Shown here piece after piece: positions 32,766 through 41,931 of a stretch of DNA of 64,000 bases (position 1 is its first letter; the number at the start of each line of letters is the position of its first letter). Location: assembly GCA_037925075.1 (NCBI GenBank), contig JAXSNR010000002.1, positions 192,001-256,000 on the forward strand. The letters run 5' to 3'. The notes under the pieces were generated by a model. That model had not been told where the DNA came from. It made no database searches and worked only from the letters and a program-made list of their open reading frames with translations. A program made the position numbers and the translations under genes. Source of the DNA: Aquificaceae bacterium. GTDB lineage: Bacteria > Aquificota > Aquificia > Aquificales > Aquificaceae.

Positions 32766-34802
32766 TCACATCTTCCTAAAGACAGGTTGTAGTATTTGCC
32801 CCTCTATCAGTTCATCTACCATCTGGTATTCCACCGCAAACTTTACAATATCAAGCACCTCATCGTATATTTCAAGGGTTTTTTCAATTATTTTATCTTC
32901 GTGAGGTAGAGCCATATTGTGAGATCCTGTAAAAAGAAGCCCTCTTTTTCCGCATTCCTGTTGGAATAGAGTCTTTAATTTCAAAGCATTATCACCTTTA
33001 AAGTCCATTAAAAACCTTACATCGTATCCCTTTACAAAGGCTATATCCTCCATTTCCTTATCCTTTATAAGCTTCTCAATGCCTTCCTTTAGCTTTCTTC
33101 CTTGTCCCCATATGTAGGATATCACCTCGTGGTTTTTTAGGTATTCAATGGTGGCTATGGCTGACGCTATGCTTGCGGTTTCTCCGCCAAAGGTAAAGGA
33201 GAAAAAGACCTCTTCAAAAAGCTCCATTATCTCCCTTCTACCTACTATTGCGGATATGGGCATGCCGTTTCCCATGGCTTTTCCAAAGCAGGCAATGTCA
33301 GGAACCACTCCAAAGTACTCCTGAGCTCCACCCAAAGAGAAGCGAAAGCCTGTGACCACCTCATCAAATATCAGCAAAGCCCCGTGTTTGTGGGTTAGCT
33401 CTTTAACCTTCTCCAAAAAGCTATCCTTTGGCTCTTCCACTCCTACAGGCTCCATTATCACACAGGCTATTTGGTCTTTGTAATCTTCAAAAAGCTTTTC
33501 AAGGCTTTCTATGTGGTTGTATTCAAAGGTAAGGGTAAGCCTTTTTACCTCTTCTGGTATGCCCTTATCCCTTGAAGTGGTGCCAATGTACCAGTCTTGC
33601 CATCCATGATATCCACAGCAGGCTATGTATTTTCTTCCCGTGTAAGCCCTTGCAAGCCTGACGGCGGCGGATGTGACGTCTGAGCCGTTCTTACCAAAAC
33701 GCACCATCTCACAGCAAGGTATGACCTCCCTTAAAAGTTCAGCCAATTTTGTTTCAAGGTAGCTCGGCAAGCTAAAAATCGTCCCCCTTTTAAGCTCCTC
33801 TTTTACCCTTTCCAACACAGGTTCAAAGGCATAGCCAAGAATACATGCCCCCAAGCCCATTGTATAGTCTATGTATGTGTTTCCGTCAAGGTCTGTCAAA
33901 ATACATCCTTTGCCTTCTTTGACAAAAAGGGGAGAAGCACCCACTGAAAACTGCAGGTAAGATTTGCTAAAGGTTTGAGAGCAATTAGGTATGAGTTCTT
34001 TGGTTTTTTCAAAGTGTTTTAAGCTTTCTACAAGTTTTAGTGGCTTTCCCTTTAAGGACCTTATAAACTCCTTGTCTTCCTGCAAAGACTTTATGTATCC
34101 TTCGTTGGGAATGATCTCCTTTTCCCTTTTCAAAAGCTCGGGCTTTTCCTTTATAAGCCTTACCACATCCTCGTAGGTAAAGTCCTCCCTGCCTAGGGCT
34201 TTTATTATCCTTTCTATTACCACAAGGTCCTCTGGATAGTCAAGGCTAAGGTGTATGTGGGATAGGTCTTCCTCGTAAGGCCTGTAAAACAGCTTTTTGG
34301 CTCTTTTGGACTTCCTTATATAAGGGCTTACGTGTTCTCTTTCGGAGGGAAGCTTAGCTTTTTTATTAGCCTCAAGTATCCAGCCACCTTTTATTACCTC
34401 CACATCAAAGCCATCTATTATGCCAGTTAGGACAAGGTAGTCCACATCCTCTTCAAGGGCTTTTTTGTAGGCTTTTTCTATGACCTTTGGGTCAGAAAGG
34501 GGACAATCACCGGTTATTCTGATAACGAAATCAAGGGAAAATTCTTCTACCGCCTTTGCATACCTGCTAAGTACATCCGTAGGATGACCTTTTATTGCGT
34601 ACCATCCAAAGCTTTTTGCTATATTTATGAGCTCTGTATCCTCTTCAAGTAGGGATGTAACCAAAACCTTGCAGTCTACTTCTAACTTGTTTAGTCTTGT
34701 GAGAACCCACTCTATTGCCCTTTTACCAGCAAGGATAGCCACCATCTTTTTAGGAAATCTTGTAGAACCATTCCTTGCTTGTACCACCAAGCCCGTTTTC
34801 AT
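32766..34802 (-). CDS. SpsF-like cytidylyltransferase fused to class III PLP aminotransferase (GSA-aminomutase-like)
   Basis: QARNGSTRFPKK, RITGDCP, REHV, LSLDYPED; then SQTFSK, DEVVTGFR, GKAMGNG. Confidence 0.88.
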   Translation of the reverse strand: MKTGLVVQARNGSTRFPKKMVAILAGKRAIEWVLTRLNKLEVDCKVLVTSLLEEDTELINIAKSFGWYAIKGHPTDVLSRYAKAVEEFSLDFVIRITGDCPLSDPKVIEKAYKKALEEDVDYLVLTGIIDGFDVEVIKGGWILEANKKAKLPSEREHVSPYIRKSKRAKKLFYRPYEEDLSHIHLSLDYPEDLVVIERIIKALGREDFTYEDVVRLIKEKPELLKREKEIIPNEGYIKSLQEDKEFIRSLKGKPLKLVESLKHFEKTKELIPNCSQTFSKSYLQFSVGASPLFVKEGKGCILTDLDGNTYIDYTMGLGACILGYAFEPVLERVKEELKRGTIFSLPSYLETKLAELLREVIPCCEMVRFGKNGSDVTSAAVRLARAYTGRKYIACCGYHGWQDWYIGTTSRDKGIPEEVKRLTLTFEYNHIESLEKLFEDYKDQIACVIMEPVGVEEPKDSFLEKVKELTHKHGALLIFDEVVTGFRFSLGGAQEYFGVVPDIACFGKAMGNGMPISAIVGRREIMELFEEVFFSFTFGGETASIASAIATIEYLKNHEVISYIWGQGRKLKEGIEKLIKDKEMEDIAFVKGYDVRFLMDFKGDNALKLKTLFQQECGKRGLLFTGSHNMALPHEDKIIEKTLEIYDEVLDIVKFAVEYQMVDELIEGQILQPVFRKM

Positions 34803-35302
34803 AGTTTGACCTTTTCCATAATTATTTCATCAACATAACCGCCTTTGTAAAACCTCCTTTTGGTAAACCTACCTACCTCTCTGTAGCCCGCTTTTAAAAA
34901 TGCCTTGTAGGAAGCCACATTGCATGCGTATATACCCGCCATTATGTGGTTTAAATTTAGCTCTGTAAAAGCGTATTCTGTGGCAAGTTGTATGGCTTTT
35001 GTTCCATAACCCTTACCCCAACAACTTTTATCTCCGATTATTATGCCAATATCCGCACATCTATGAATCCAGTTTATACTGCCTATTTTTACATTTCCTA
35101 TATGCTTATCATCTTGCAAAAATATGCCAAATAAGAAATTGTTTTTTGAGCTATTAACAGACCTTACATAGCTTCGTAAATCCTCTAAGGTATAGGAGTC
35201 CCATCTTGACTCTAAATATTGGTTTATATCAGGGTCACTCAACCATTTAAGGTACTCAGGTGTTACATCTTCTGGTGTTAAGAGTTTTAGTTTTATATCC
35301 AT
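34799..35302 (-). CDS. GNAT (RimJ/RimL-like) N-acyltransferase
   Basis: HIGNVK, IGIIIGDK..WGKGYG, N.AS..AF.KAG. Confidence 0.88.
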   Translation of the reverse strand: MDIKLKLLTPEDVTPEYLKWLSDPDINQYLESRWDSYTLEDLRSYVRSVNSSKNNFLFGIFLQDDKHIGNVKIGSINWIHRCADIGIIIGDKSCWGKGYGTKAIQLATEYAFTELNLNHIMAGIYACNVASYKAFLKAGYREVGRFTKRRFYKGGYVDEIIMEKVKL

Positions 35303-35304
35303 CC

Positions 35305-35737
35305 TTATGCCTCTCTTACTACCACATTTTTACCCTTTAAATACTGCTTTATTCTGACAATATCATAGTCTCTCAAAAAAAAGCATCTTTCCTATGGCGC
35401 AAGCATCAGCTTTCGTATTTTCAAAAAGCTCTACTATACTATCATAAGTTCCAGCACCTCCAGAAGCTATAAGTGGGACACTTATAAGCTCATCAACTCT
35501 TTTATAAAGATCTATATCAAAGCCTGTTAGTGTTCCTTCCTTATCTATGGAAGTTATAATTATTTCTCCTGCATCCATCTCCTGTACCTTTTCCAAGAGG
35601 GTTGGTAAGCTAATTTCAGTTTCAACACTACCAGAAAGTATGTAAACCTTGTAATCGCCAGAAGTATTTTTTCTTACATCAATAGACACCACAACAGATT
35701 GAGAGCCAATAAAATCTATAAATCCAACTTGCTTCAT
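35305..35737 (-). pseudogene. hisH/hisF-like (WbuY/WbuZ-type) remnant: only the HisF C-half remains, with a frameshift at T8 (35375-35382)
   Basis: GSQSVVVSIDV, AGEIIITSIDKEGTLTGFD, PLIASGGAG; removing one T restores FLRDYDIVRIKQYLKGKNVVVREA-stop. Confidence 0.8.
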
Positions 35738-35752
35738 AGTCCACACCTCCAC

Positions 35753-35851
35753 CTAATTATAATTTACCACATCAGACCTCTTTGTCCATATATTTTGTTT
35801 TTCGTACCACCTGTCCGCCTCGTATTTTTTAAAAACCTCGTATTGTCTCAT
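35753..35851 (-). pseudogene. 32-codon gene remnant with strong SD (MRQYEVFKKYEADRWYEK...)
   Basis: GGAGGTG SD plus ATG directly after the AKR stop; resembles the N-terminus of glycan-locus methyltransferases. Confidence 0.4.
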
Positions 35852-35855
35852 CTTT

Positions 35856-36710
35856 TCACCTCCATCTATAAGGTAATATAATATCCTTATCAACCACTTC
35901 TAAGCCTTCCCAGTTAAAGGTTATTTTGGGTTTGTTTGCGCATTCTACAATCTCCCTTAGCTGTGCAAGGCTATCTACGCCTACTATTATAAAATCCACG
36001 GGCTGTTCTAAAACAAAAGCAAGACAAAGGCAAGCAACATTCAAACCGCTTTCAATAGATAACCTTTTTAATTTTCTTACCTTATCTTTGACCTTTTCAA
36101 AAATCCCAGTAAGTTTTTCTTCGGGTAGGAAGAAAAGCCCTTGCAGGAATATAGACCTTGCGAAAAGGGTTATGTTTTCCCTTTTCCAGCCCTCTAAGTA
36201 CGGGATAAACCTTCTATCAAAGATGTTTATGGGAAATTCCACAGAGAAGCCTCCACCAAATAAGTCTAAAAATTCAAGCACTTCCCATGGATGGTACACA
36301 GATATGCCAAAACCTTCTACAAGACCTTCCTCTCTAAGCAAATACAGAGAATCTGTTATAAGTTCTCTATGGCTTTTATATGTCTCAAAGGAATGCAACA
36401 ATAAATGGTCAATCTTGCTTACATTTAGAGCTTCTAAGCTTTTTAAAACAGTTTGCTTAATATCTTTATAGCCAAGATACTCCTTCTTTGGAAGTTTTGT
36501 TATAACCTTCAAGCCCCTATTCCTTTTTGAAAAATACTCTCCTATTATTTTTTCCGCATCACCGTATGCCTGTGCGGTATCAACACCGTAAAAGTTATTT
36601 TCCAAGGCAAAATCCAAAATAGTAAAGGCTTGCTCCTTTGATAGCTTTTTTCCACATGCTATACCGTAATCCATTCCAAAGTTTGCAGTGCCAAGTATCA
36701 GTTTATTCAT
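35856..36710 (-). CDS. Aldo/keto reductase
   Basis: LILGTANFG, DTAQAYG.AE, GISVY, RSIFLQG. Confidence 0.9.
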   Translation of the reverse strand: MNKLILGTANFGMDYGIACGKKLSKEQAFTILDFALENNFYGVDTAQAYGDAEKIIGEYFSKRNRGLKVITKLPKKEYLGYKDIKQTVLKSLEALNVSKIDHLLLHSFETYKSHRELITDSLYLLREEGLVEGFGISVYHPWEVLEFLDLFGGGFSVEFPINIFDRRFIPYLEGWKRENITLFARSIFLQGLFFLPEEKLTGIFEKVKDKVRKLKRLSIESGLNVACLCLAFVLEQPVDFIIVGVDSLAQLREIVECANKPKITFNWEGLEVVDKDIILPYRWR

Positions 36711-37827
36711 TTTTCAATGCGTCCTTTAGATTTTCTACCACAAACTCTAATTCCTCTTCTTTTAACGCAGGATAAATGGGCAGGCTTATCTCCCTTTCGT
36801 AAAAGTCCTCCGCGACCGGGCAAAGCCCCCTCTTGTAGCCAAGCCTTTCCATAAAGGGATGCCAATAGACGGGTATGTAGTGCACTTGAACGCCTATGCC
36901 TTTAGACCTAAGGCTTCTAAAAACTTCTCTTCTTTTGTCTCTATCCTTTAACCTTATTGGATAAAGGTGGTATGAGTGAAAGGCATAATCCTTTTCTACG
37001 GGAAGATATACTTCTTGATAGTTTATAAAGGCTTGTTTGTAATAGCTTGCTATCTGTCTTCTTCTTGCCACAAAGTGCCCAAACTTTTTAAGTTGAGAGA
37101 TACCAAGGGCACACTGAAAGTCCGTTATCCTAAAGTTAAAGGATGGAAACTCCACCGCATACTCCCAATCCTGACCTCTTACTATGCCGTGGTTTCTACA
37201 TCTTATAAGCCTTTCATACAAGTCCTCATCGTTGGTAAGTACCGCTCCTCCCTCTCCTGTGGTTATATGCTTTACGGGGTGAAAGCTAAAGACCACCGCA
37301 TGAGAGTATTTGCATGAGCCCGTTTTATAGCCCTTGTACTCTGAGCCAAGGGCATGACAGGCATCTTCCACCGCATACAGACCATACCTTTGAGCCAACT
37401 CCCAAACCTTTTCCATATCCACAGGATGTCCAGCGTAATGGACTGGGACTATGAGCTTTGTCTTTTCTGTTATAAGCCCTTCCAGAAGATCCACCTTCAT
37501 GTTGCCCGTATCCTCTTCCACATCGCAAAAGACCGCTCTGGCTCCAAGCAAAATACCTACAGAGACCGTGGCGGTAAAGGTTATGGGTGTGGTTATAAAT
37601 TCATCGCCTTCTTTTAGTCCTAAGGCTCTGTAAAGGCAATAAAGGGCTGAAGTACCAGAATTAAAGGCTACCGCATACTTTACACCGCAGTAATCTGCCA
37701 AGGCTCTTTCAAACTCCTCTACCTTAGGTCCCTGCGTTATAAAGTCAGACCTTAGGACTTCCAAGACAGCCCTTATATCCTCTTCATCTATACACTGCCT
37801 CCCGTAGGGTATCCTAAACTTCCACAT
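36703..37827 (-). CDS. pseC: UDP-4-amino-4,6-dideoxy-N-acetyl-beta-L-altrosamine transaminase
   Basis: IPYGRQ, TQGP, EDACHALG, SFHPVKHITTGEGG, GVQVHYIP. Confidence 0.92.
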   Translation of the reverse strand: MWKFRIPYGRQCIDEEDIRAVLEVLRSDFITQGPKVEEFERALADYCGVKYAVAFNSGTSALYCLYRALGLKEGDEFITTPITFTATVSVGILLGARAVFCDVEEDTGNMKVDLLEGLITEKTKLIVPVHYAGHPVDMEKVWELAQRYGLYAVEDACHALGSEYKGYKTGSCKYSHAVVFSFHPVKHITTGEGGAVLTNDEDLYERLIRCRNHGIVRGQDWEYAVEFPSFNFRITDFQCALGISQLKKFGHFVARRRQIASYYKQAFINYQEVYLPVEKDYAFHSYHLYPIRLKDRDKRREVFRSLRSKGIGVQVHYIPVYWHPFMERLGYKRGLCPVAEDFYEREISLPIYPALKEEELEFVVENLKDALKNE

Positions 37828-38839
37828 ACTCCAAAGCCTTCTCTATAAAAGCCTTTAACTCCTCTCCTTCAAGCCACCAGTCGTTTTTATCGCTTCTGTA
37901 ATAAAAGCCTTCTGGCATTTTGGGATAGCTTGTCCATTTTTGTAATGCCTTTGCCTCAAAGTTAAACTGGGGAAGAATTACAAAGTATGTTTTTCCCTCG
38001 TGGTTTATGAGCCTTACGTCCCTAGCCTCATCTTCTGATATAAGGCTTTCGTGTAGCTTTTCTCCCGGCCTTATGCCTATTATTCTAAAGGAACAGTTGG
38101 GGCATAGAGCCCTTGCAATCTCCACCACCTTGACACTTGGTATCTTTGGTACAAAGATCTCACCGCCTTCGGAATGTTCAAGGGCAAAAAGGACAAGCTT
38201 GACGCCCTCTTGGAGAGTTATCCAAAAACGTGTCATATCTACATGGGTTATGGGAAGCTCCTTACAGCCTTCGGATATGAGCCTTAGGAACAGGGGGATA
38301 ACACTTCCTCTACTGCCTACCACGTTGCCATACCTAACTATGCTAAAGCTCGTCTCCTTAGAGCCAGCGTAGGCATTACCTGCAATAAAAAGCTTTTCCA
38401 TGGTTAGCTTTGTGGCACCGTATAGGTTTATGGGGTTTACCGCCTTGTCGGTGGAAAGAGCGACCACCTTTTTTACTCCCTTCTCTATGGCAACTTCAAT
38501 GATGTTCTGAGCACCGATTATGTTGGTTTTTACCGCCTCAAAGGGGTTGTATTCAAGTATGGGTACATGCTTTAAAGCCGCCGCATGCACCACACAATCC
38601 ACACCATCAAAGGCAAGCCTTAGCCTGTCCTTGTCCCTTATATCACCAAGAAAGAACCTCAGCTGTGGATACTGGTCCTCTGGAAACTCTTTACTCATCT
38701 GCCACTGTTTGAACTCGTCCCTGCTTAGGATAATGACCTTTTTGGGCTTGTAGTTTTTCAAAACATACCTTACAAAAGCCTTTCCAAAGGAGCCAGTGCC
38801 TCCCGTTATAAGAATCGTTTTATCATCCAGAAAGCTCAT
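37814..38839 (-). CDS. pseB: UDP-N-acetylglucosamine 4,6-dehydratase (inverting)
   Basis: TGGTGSFG, SRDEFKQ, HAAALK, EYNPFE, YGATK, RYGNVVGSRGS, MTRFWI. Confidence 0.95.
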   Translation of the reverse strand: MSFLDDKTILITGGTGSFGKAFVRYVLKNYKPKKVIILSRDEFKQWQMSKEFPEDQYPQLRFFLGDIRDKDRLRLAFDGVDCVVHAAALKHVPILEYNPFEAVKTNIIGAQNIIEVAIEKGVKKVVALSTDKAVNPINLYGATKLTMEKLFIAGNAYAGSKETSFSIVRYGNVVGSRGSVIPLFLRLISEGCKELPITHVDMTRFWITLQEGVKLVLFALEHSEGGEIFVPKIPSVKVVEIARALCPNCSFRIIGIRPGEKLHESLISEDEARDVRLINHEGKTYFVILPQFNFEAKALQKWTSYPKMPEGFYYRSDKNDWWLEGEELKAFIEKALEYVEV

Positions 38840-39879
38840 TCCACAAGCCCCCAGCTTAAAGGCGTGCCTGCGGGTATATCTACCTTTGCCCTCCTGCCCA
38901 ATATATCCTTAAGATACTTAGGGTGCATACCATAGCTTGGTCTTATACTTCTTACCTTCTCCTCTGTGAAAACCTCTCCAGCTTTCATATCCTTCACCAC
39001 GAAAAGGCTTCTTGAAAACTTTCTCATCTCCTTTTGTTTCTCTGTTAGCTCATAGCTTACCTTGCCAAGGGCCTTCTCCACCTGCCTTATGGCCTTCACC
39101 ATGGCTTTGAACTCAGCGGGCTCAAGGGAAAAGGCACTGTCTGGTCCTCCAAGGCTTCTGTCTAGTATAAAGTGCTTTTCCACCATGACCGCACCAAGGG
39201 CAACCGCCGCAATGGGTACAGATATGCCAAGGGTATGGTCAGAAAGCCCCACGAGCACGCCAAAGGTCTCCCTCATATTGGGTATGGTTCTAAGGTTAGC
39301 TTCTTCATAAGGTGTAGGATATTCTGAGACGCATTTGAGAAGCACTATTTGGCTGTTTCCAGCCCTCTTACAGGCATTTATGGCCTCTTCTATGTCCGAA
39401 AGGGTCGCAATGCCAGTGGAGATTATCACAGGCTTTCCCTTGCTGGCTATGTATTCAATCAAGGGTATGTCCGTTATCTCAAAGGAAGCGACCTTGTAAG
39501 CGGGAGTTCCAAGCTCCTCCAAAAAATCCACCGCACTTTTGTCAAAGGGTGAAGAAAAACACAAAAGACCAAGATCTCTGGCAAAGCTAAAGAGCTTTTC
39601 GTGCCATTCCCAAGGTGTATATGCCTTTTTATAAAGGTCATAAAGGTACTGCCCATCCCAAAGGGTACCTTCTTTTATCATGAAGTATTCGTTTCTTACG
39701 TTAAGGGTTATGGTATCCGGCGTATAAGTTTGTAGCTTTACCGCGTCCGCACCAGATTCCTTTATGGCTTCTATGGTCTTCAGGGCAAGGTCTAAGTTTT
39801 GAAGATGGTTTGCGGAAAGCTCAGCCACTATAAAAACCGGCTCACCTTCCCCTATTTTTCTGTCCCCTATCCTAATCAT
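38836..39879 (-). CDS. pseI: Pseudaminic acid synthase
   Basis: AELSANH, KLQTYTPDT, YTPWEWH, GLSDHT, EKHF, DSAFS, C-terminal SAF/AFP domain. Confidence 0.93.
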   Translation of the reverse strand: MIRIGDRKIGEGEPVFIVAELSANHLQNLDLALKTIEAIKESGADAVKLQTYTPDTITLNVRNEYFMIKEGTLWDGQYLYDLYKKAYTPWEWHEKLFSFARDLGLLCFSSPFDKSAVDFLEELGTPAYKVASFEITDIPLIEYIASKGKPVIISTGIATLSDIEEAINACKRAGNSQIVLLKCVSEYPTPYEEANLRTIPNMRETFGVLVGLSDHTLGISVPIAAVALGAVMVEKHFILDRSLGGPDSAFSLEPAEFKAMVKAIRQVEKALGKVSYELTEKQKEMRKFSRSLFVVKDMKAGEVFTEEKVRSIRPSYGMHPKYLKDILGRRAKVDIPAGTPLSWGLVE

Positions 39880-41807
39880 CCAAACTCCTCCACGAGCCTC
39901 TTTATTTCTCTGCTTGCCTCCTTTAGAAACTGATAGTATAATCTGTAAAACTCTTCCATAAATTCCTTCATCTCTTGACCGCTAAGGCCCAAGGCATGCC
40001 CCAAAGCTATCTGGCTCCAACCGTGGGTATTATGGTATATAAGATTGTAAAGTATTGGGTTCTTAATGGAAATAAGCTTTCTCTCAAGCTCCACAAAACT
40101 CCAAACTGTATTGTAATAACTTGAAAAATCAAATCTACTTGGATATTCTCTTATAAACTCTGATAGCAGTTCAAAATCTGTTTGAAGTTTTTTAAGGACT
40201 TCTACGGGTTTTATAAGTCTTGTGTATCTTGTGTCAAAGTTCTCTTCTATGTTTTTTATGGCTGTTGCCTTATCGGTTGACTTTTCAAGTCTAAAAAACT
40301 CTATGGGTAAAGGTACAGCACCTTCTATCTTTGCACCGTCAGAGGTGTTATAAACCTTTATTCCCTTCTTCTTTATGGTTTGCTCTATGCCGTATTTGGT
40401 GTTCAAAAACCATCTATGGGTTTTTACCTTTCCGCCAAAGTTTCCTTCTACCTCTATATCAAATTCTATGTTAGACTTGGAAAGAAAACTCTTTGGGTTG
40501 TAGTAGTTTGTGAGCTTTGAGTGGTGGCTTTCCGTATCCTTTGAGCCAAGGTCTACACCAAAGAGGTATACCTCTTCAAAGCCAAACTCTCCAGCAAGGG
40601 CGACTCCTGCTGCGGTAACGGTGGGTCCAGTATGCCATATTATTGGTGGTCCAGTAGGCTCCAAAAACAGGGCTCCAGTGTCGTTGAGCTTTAAAAACAT
40701 GTATCCCTTTTTAAAGAGTTTAAAGCAATCTGTCCAAAGGGGGTTGTTGGCTATGAGCCTTGTCTGTTTGAGAAAGTTTCTGTCTACTTCCAAAAGGGTA
40801 TCGTAGGTGTACTTGGTCCTTTCTATCTCTACGTGAAAGTCTGGGACTATGCCAGCCCTTTGCAAGGCGGATATGGCTGTTCCGCAAGAAAATATAACCG
40901 CTTTATCCTGATACTCCCTTATCTTATCAATGGCGTAGTCTAAGGATGGTCCTGCACCAATTACGAAGGCGACAGAACCGGGGGGTACCTTTTCCTGTGG
41001 ATAGTATAGAGGTATCTTTTTCTTAATCTTTTCTAAGGTCCATCTCAAAGACCAAAGCTCGTCGTCAAAATACCCATGAAAGAGCTCTTGGAAGGCGGGG
41101 ACGGAAGAAAACCACTCTAACACTCTCATAGGTGGGTTGTACTTGAGATGTTCGAAGTAATAGCTCCAATAGAAAACACCGGGATTTAGCTGCTGAATGG
41201 TGCGTAAAAGCTCTTCAAAAGCTAATTCAAGACGCTGTTCCATTATAAGCTTGTCATGCACTATAAGGTTTAGGCTCCTGCCGGGCTTTGAAAAGTATTC
41301 TATAATCTTTTCCCAATCAAGGTAGTAAAGGCTTAGCCTGAAAAAGGCGGGTACATCAAGAATGATAAGGTTTTGAATTTCATACCTTTGAAGTAAAAGT
41401 TCAAGATGTATGCCAAAGCCAAGACCTACTAGGAGAAGTGCAGGTATATGTTTTGTTTCCCTTAGTGACTCTGGCTCTACTTTGTTTCCTATGAGCTTTT
41501 GTATCTTGGCGTCATAGCGATGTGCTATCACGGACGTATCCTCTGTAAACTCTCTAAGGCTTATATCTGGAAACATCCTCGTAGGTTTTTCTTCAAAGGC
41601 TTGCACCTGAGAAAGACTAACTCCATAAGCATCTCCCTTGTAGATGCCGCCTCCTCCAAAGTCCGCATCCAGCTTACCATCCTTGACTATCACGTTAAAG
41701 TTGCTGGATATGTTTGATAAGAGCTGAAGTATACCGGGGAGTCGCCTACTAAGAAATTCGTGGTTTTTGTGTATTCTCTCTTTTAGAAACTCTTCTGTTA
41801 TCTCCAT
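39876..41807 (-). CDS. Motility-associated factor (Maf) flagellin glycosyltransferase, DUF115 family
   Basis: GLGFGIH, GYFDDE, GAGPSLD, GIVPDFHVEIER, LFGVDLG, NTSDGAKI; adjacent to flagellin. Confidence 0.85.
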   Translation of the reverse strand: MEITEEFLKERIHKNHEFLSRRLPGILQLLSNISSNFNVIVKDGKLDADFGGGGIYKGDAYGVSLSQVQAFEEKPTRMFPDISLREFTEDTSVIAHRYDAKIQKLIGNKVEPESLRETKHIPALLLVGLGFGIHLELLLQRYEIQNLIILDVPAFFRLSLYYLDWEKIIEYFSKPGRSLNLIVHDKLIMEQRLELAFEELLRTIQQLNPGVFYWSYYFEHLKYNPPMRVLEWFSSVPAFQELFHGYFDDELWSLRWTLEKIKKKIPLYYPQEKVPPGSVAFVIGAGPSLDYAIDKIREYQDKAVIFSCGTAISALQRAGIVPDFHVEIERTKYTYDTLLEVDRNFLKQTRLIANNPLWTDCFKLFKKGYMFLKLNDTGALFLEPTGPPIIWHTGPTVTAAGVALAGEFGFEEVYLFGVDLGSKDTESHHSKLTNYYNPKSFLSKSNIEFDIEVEGNFGGKVKTHRWFLNTKYGIEQTIKKKGIKVYNTSDGAKIEGAVPLPIEFFRLEKSTDKATAIKNIEENFDTRYTRLIKPVEVLKKLQTDFELLSEFIREYPSRFDFSSYYNTVWSFVELERKLISIKNPILYNLIYHNTHGWSQIALGHALGLSGQEMKEFMEEFYRLYYQFLKEASREIKRLVEEFG

Positions 41808-41872
41808 GTTCTATACAATTTTATCACTATCCTTCTTCCTAAGCTTGATCAAAAAGCAGGAGGTGGAGGGCT

Positions 41873-41898
41873 TAAAAATCTTTCTTTGTATCCGATAA
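41873..41898 (+). promoter_or_regulatory. Sigma28 (FliA)-type promoter of flagellin
   Basis: TAAA-N14-TCCGATAA versus consensus TAAA-N15-GCCGATAA; SD AAGGAGG downstream. Confidence 0.75.
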
Positions 41899-41931
41899 CA
41901 TACATAACAAGCTTGAAAGGAGGTAAAAGCT

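Noticed and set aside
32766..34050. hemL call for the aminotransferase domain
   Set aside because: Fused to a cytidylyltransferase within a sugar locus; more likely a paralog than the tetrapyrrole enzyme
35363..35752. Functional histidine-biosynthesis hisF
   Set aside because: Only half the barrel, frameshifted, and in a glycan locus
40980..40985. G6 run in maf, and other 6-nt G/C runs (e.g. near 12190 and 17828)
   Set aside because: Short runs in intact reading frames; no sign of frameshift
26906..41807. Island as an integrative mobile element or prophage
   Set aside because: No integrase, transposase, flanking tRNA or direct repeats seen
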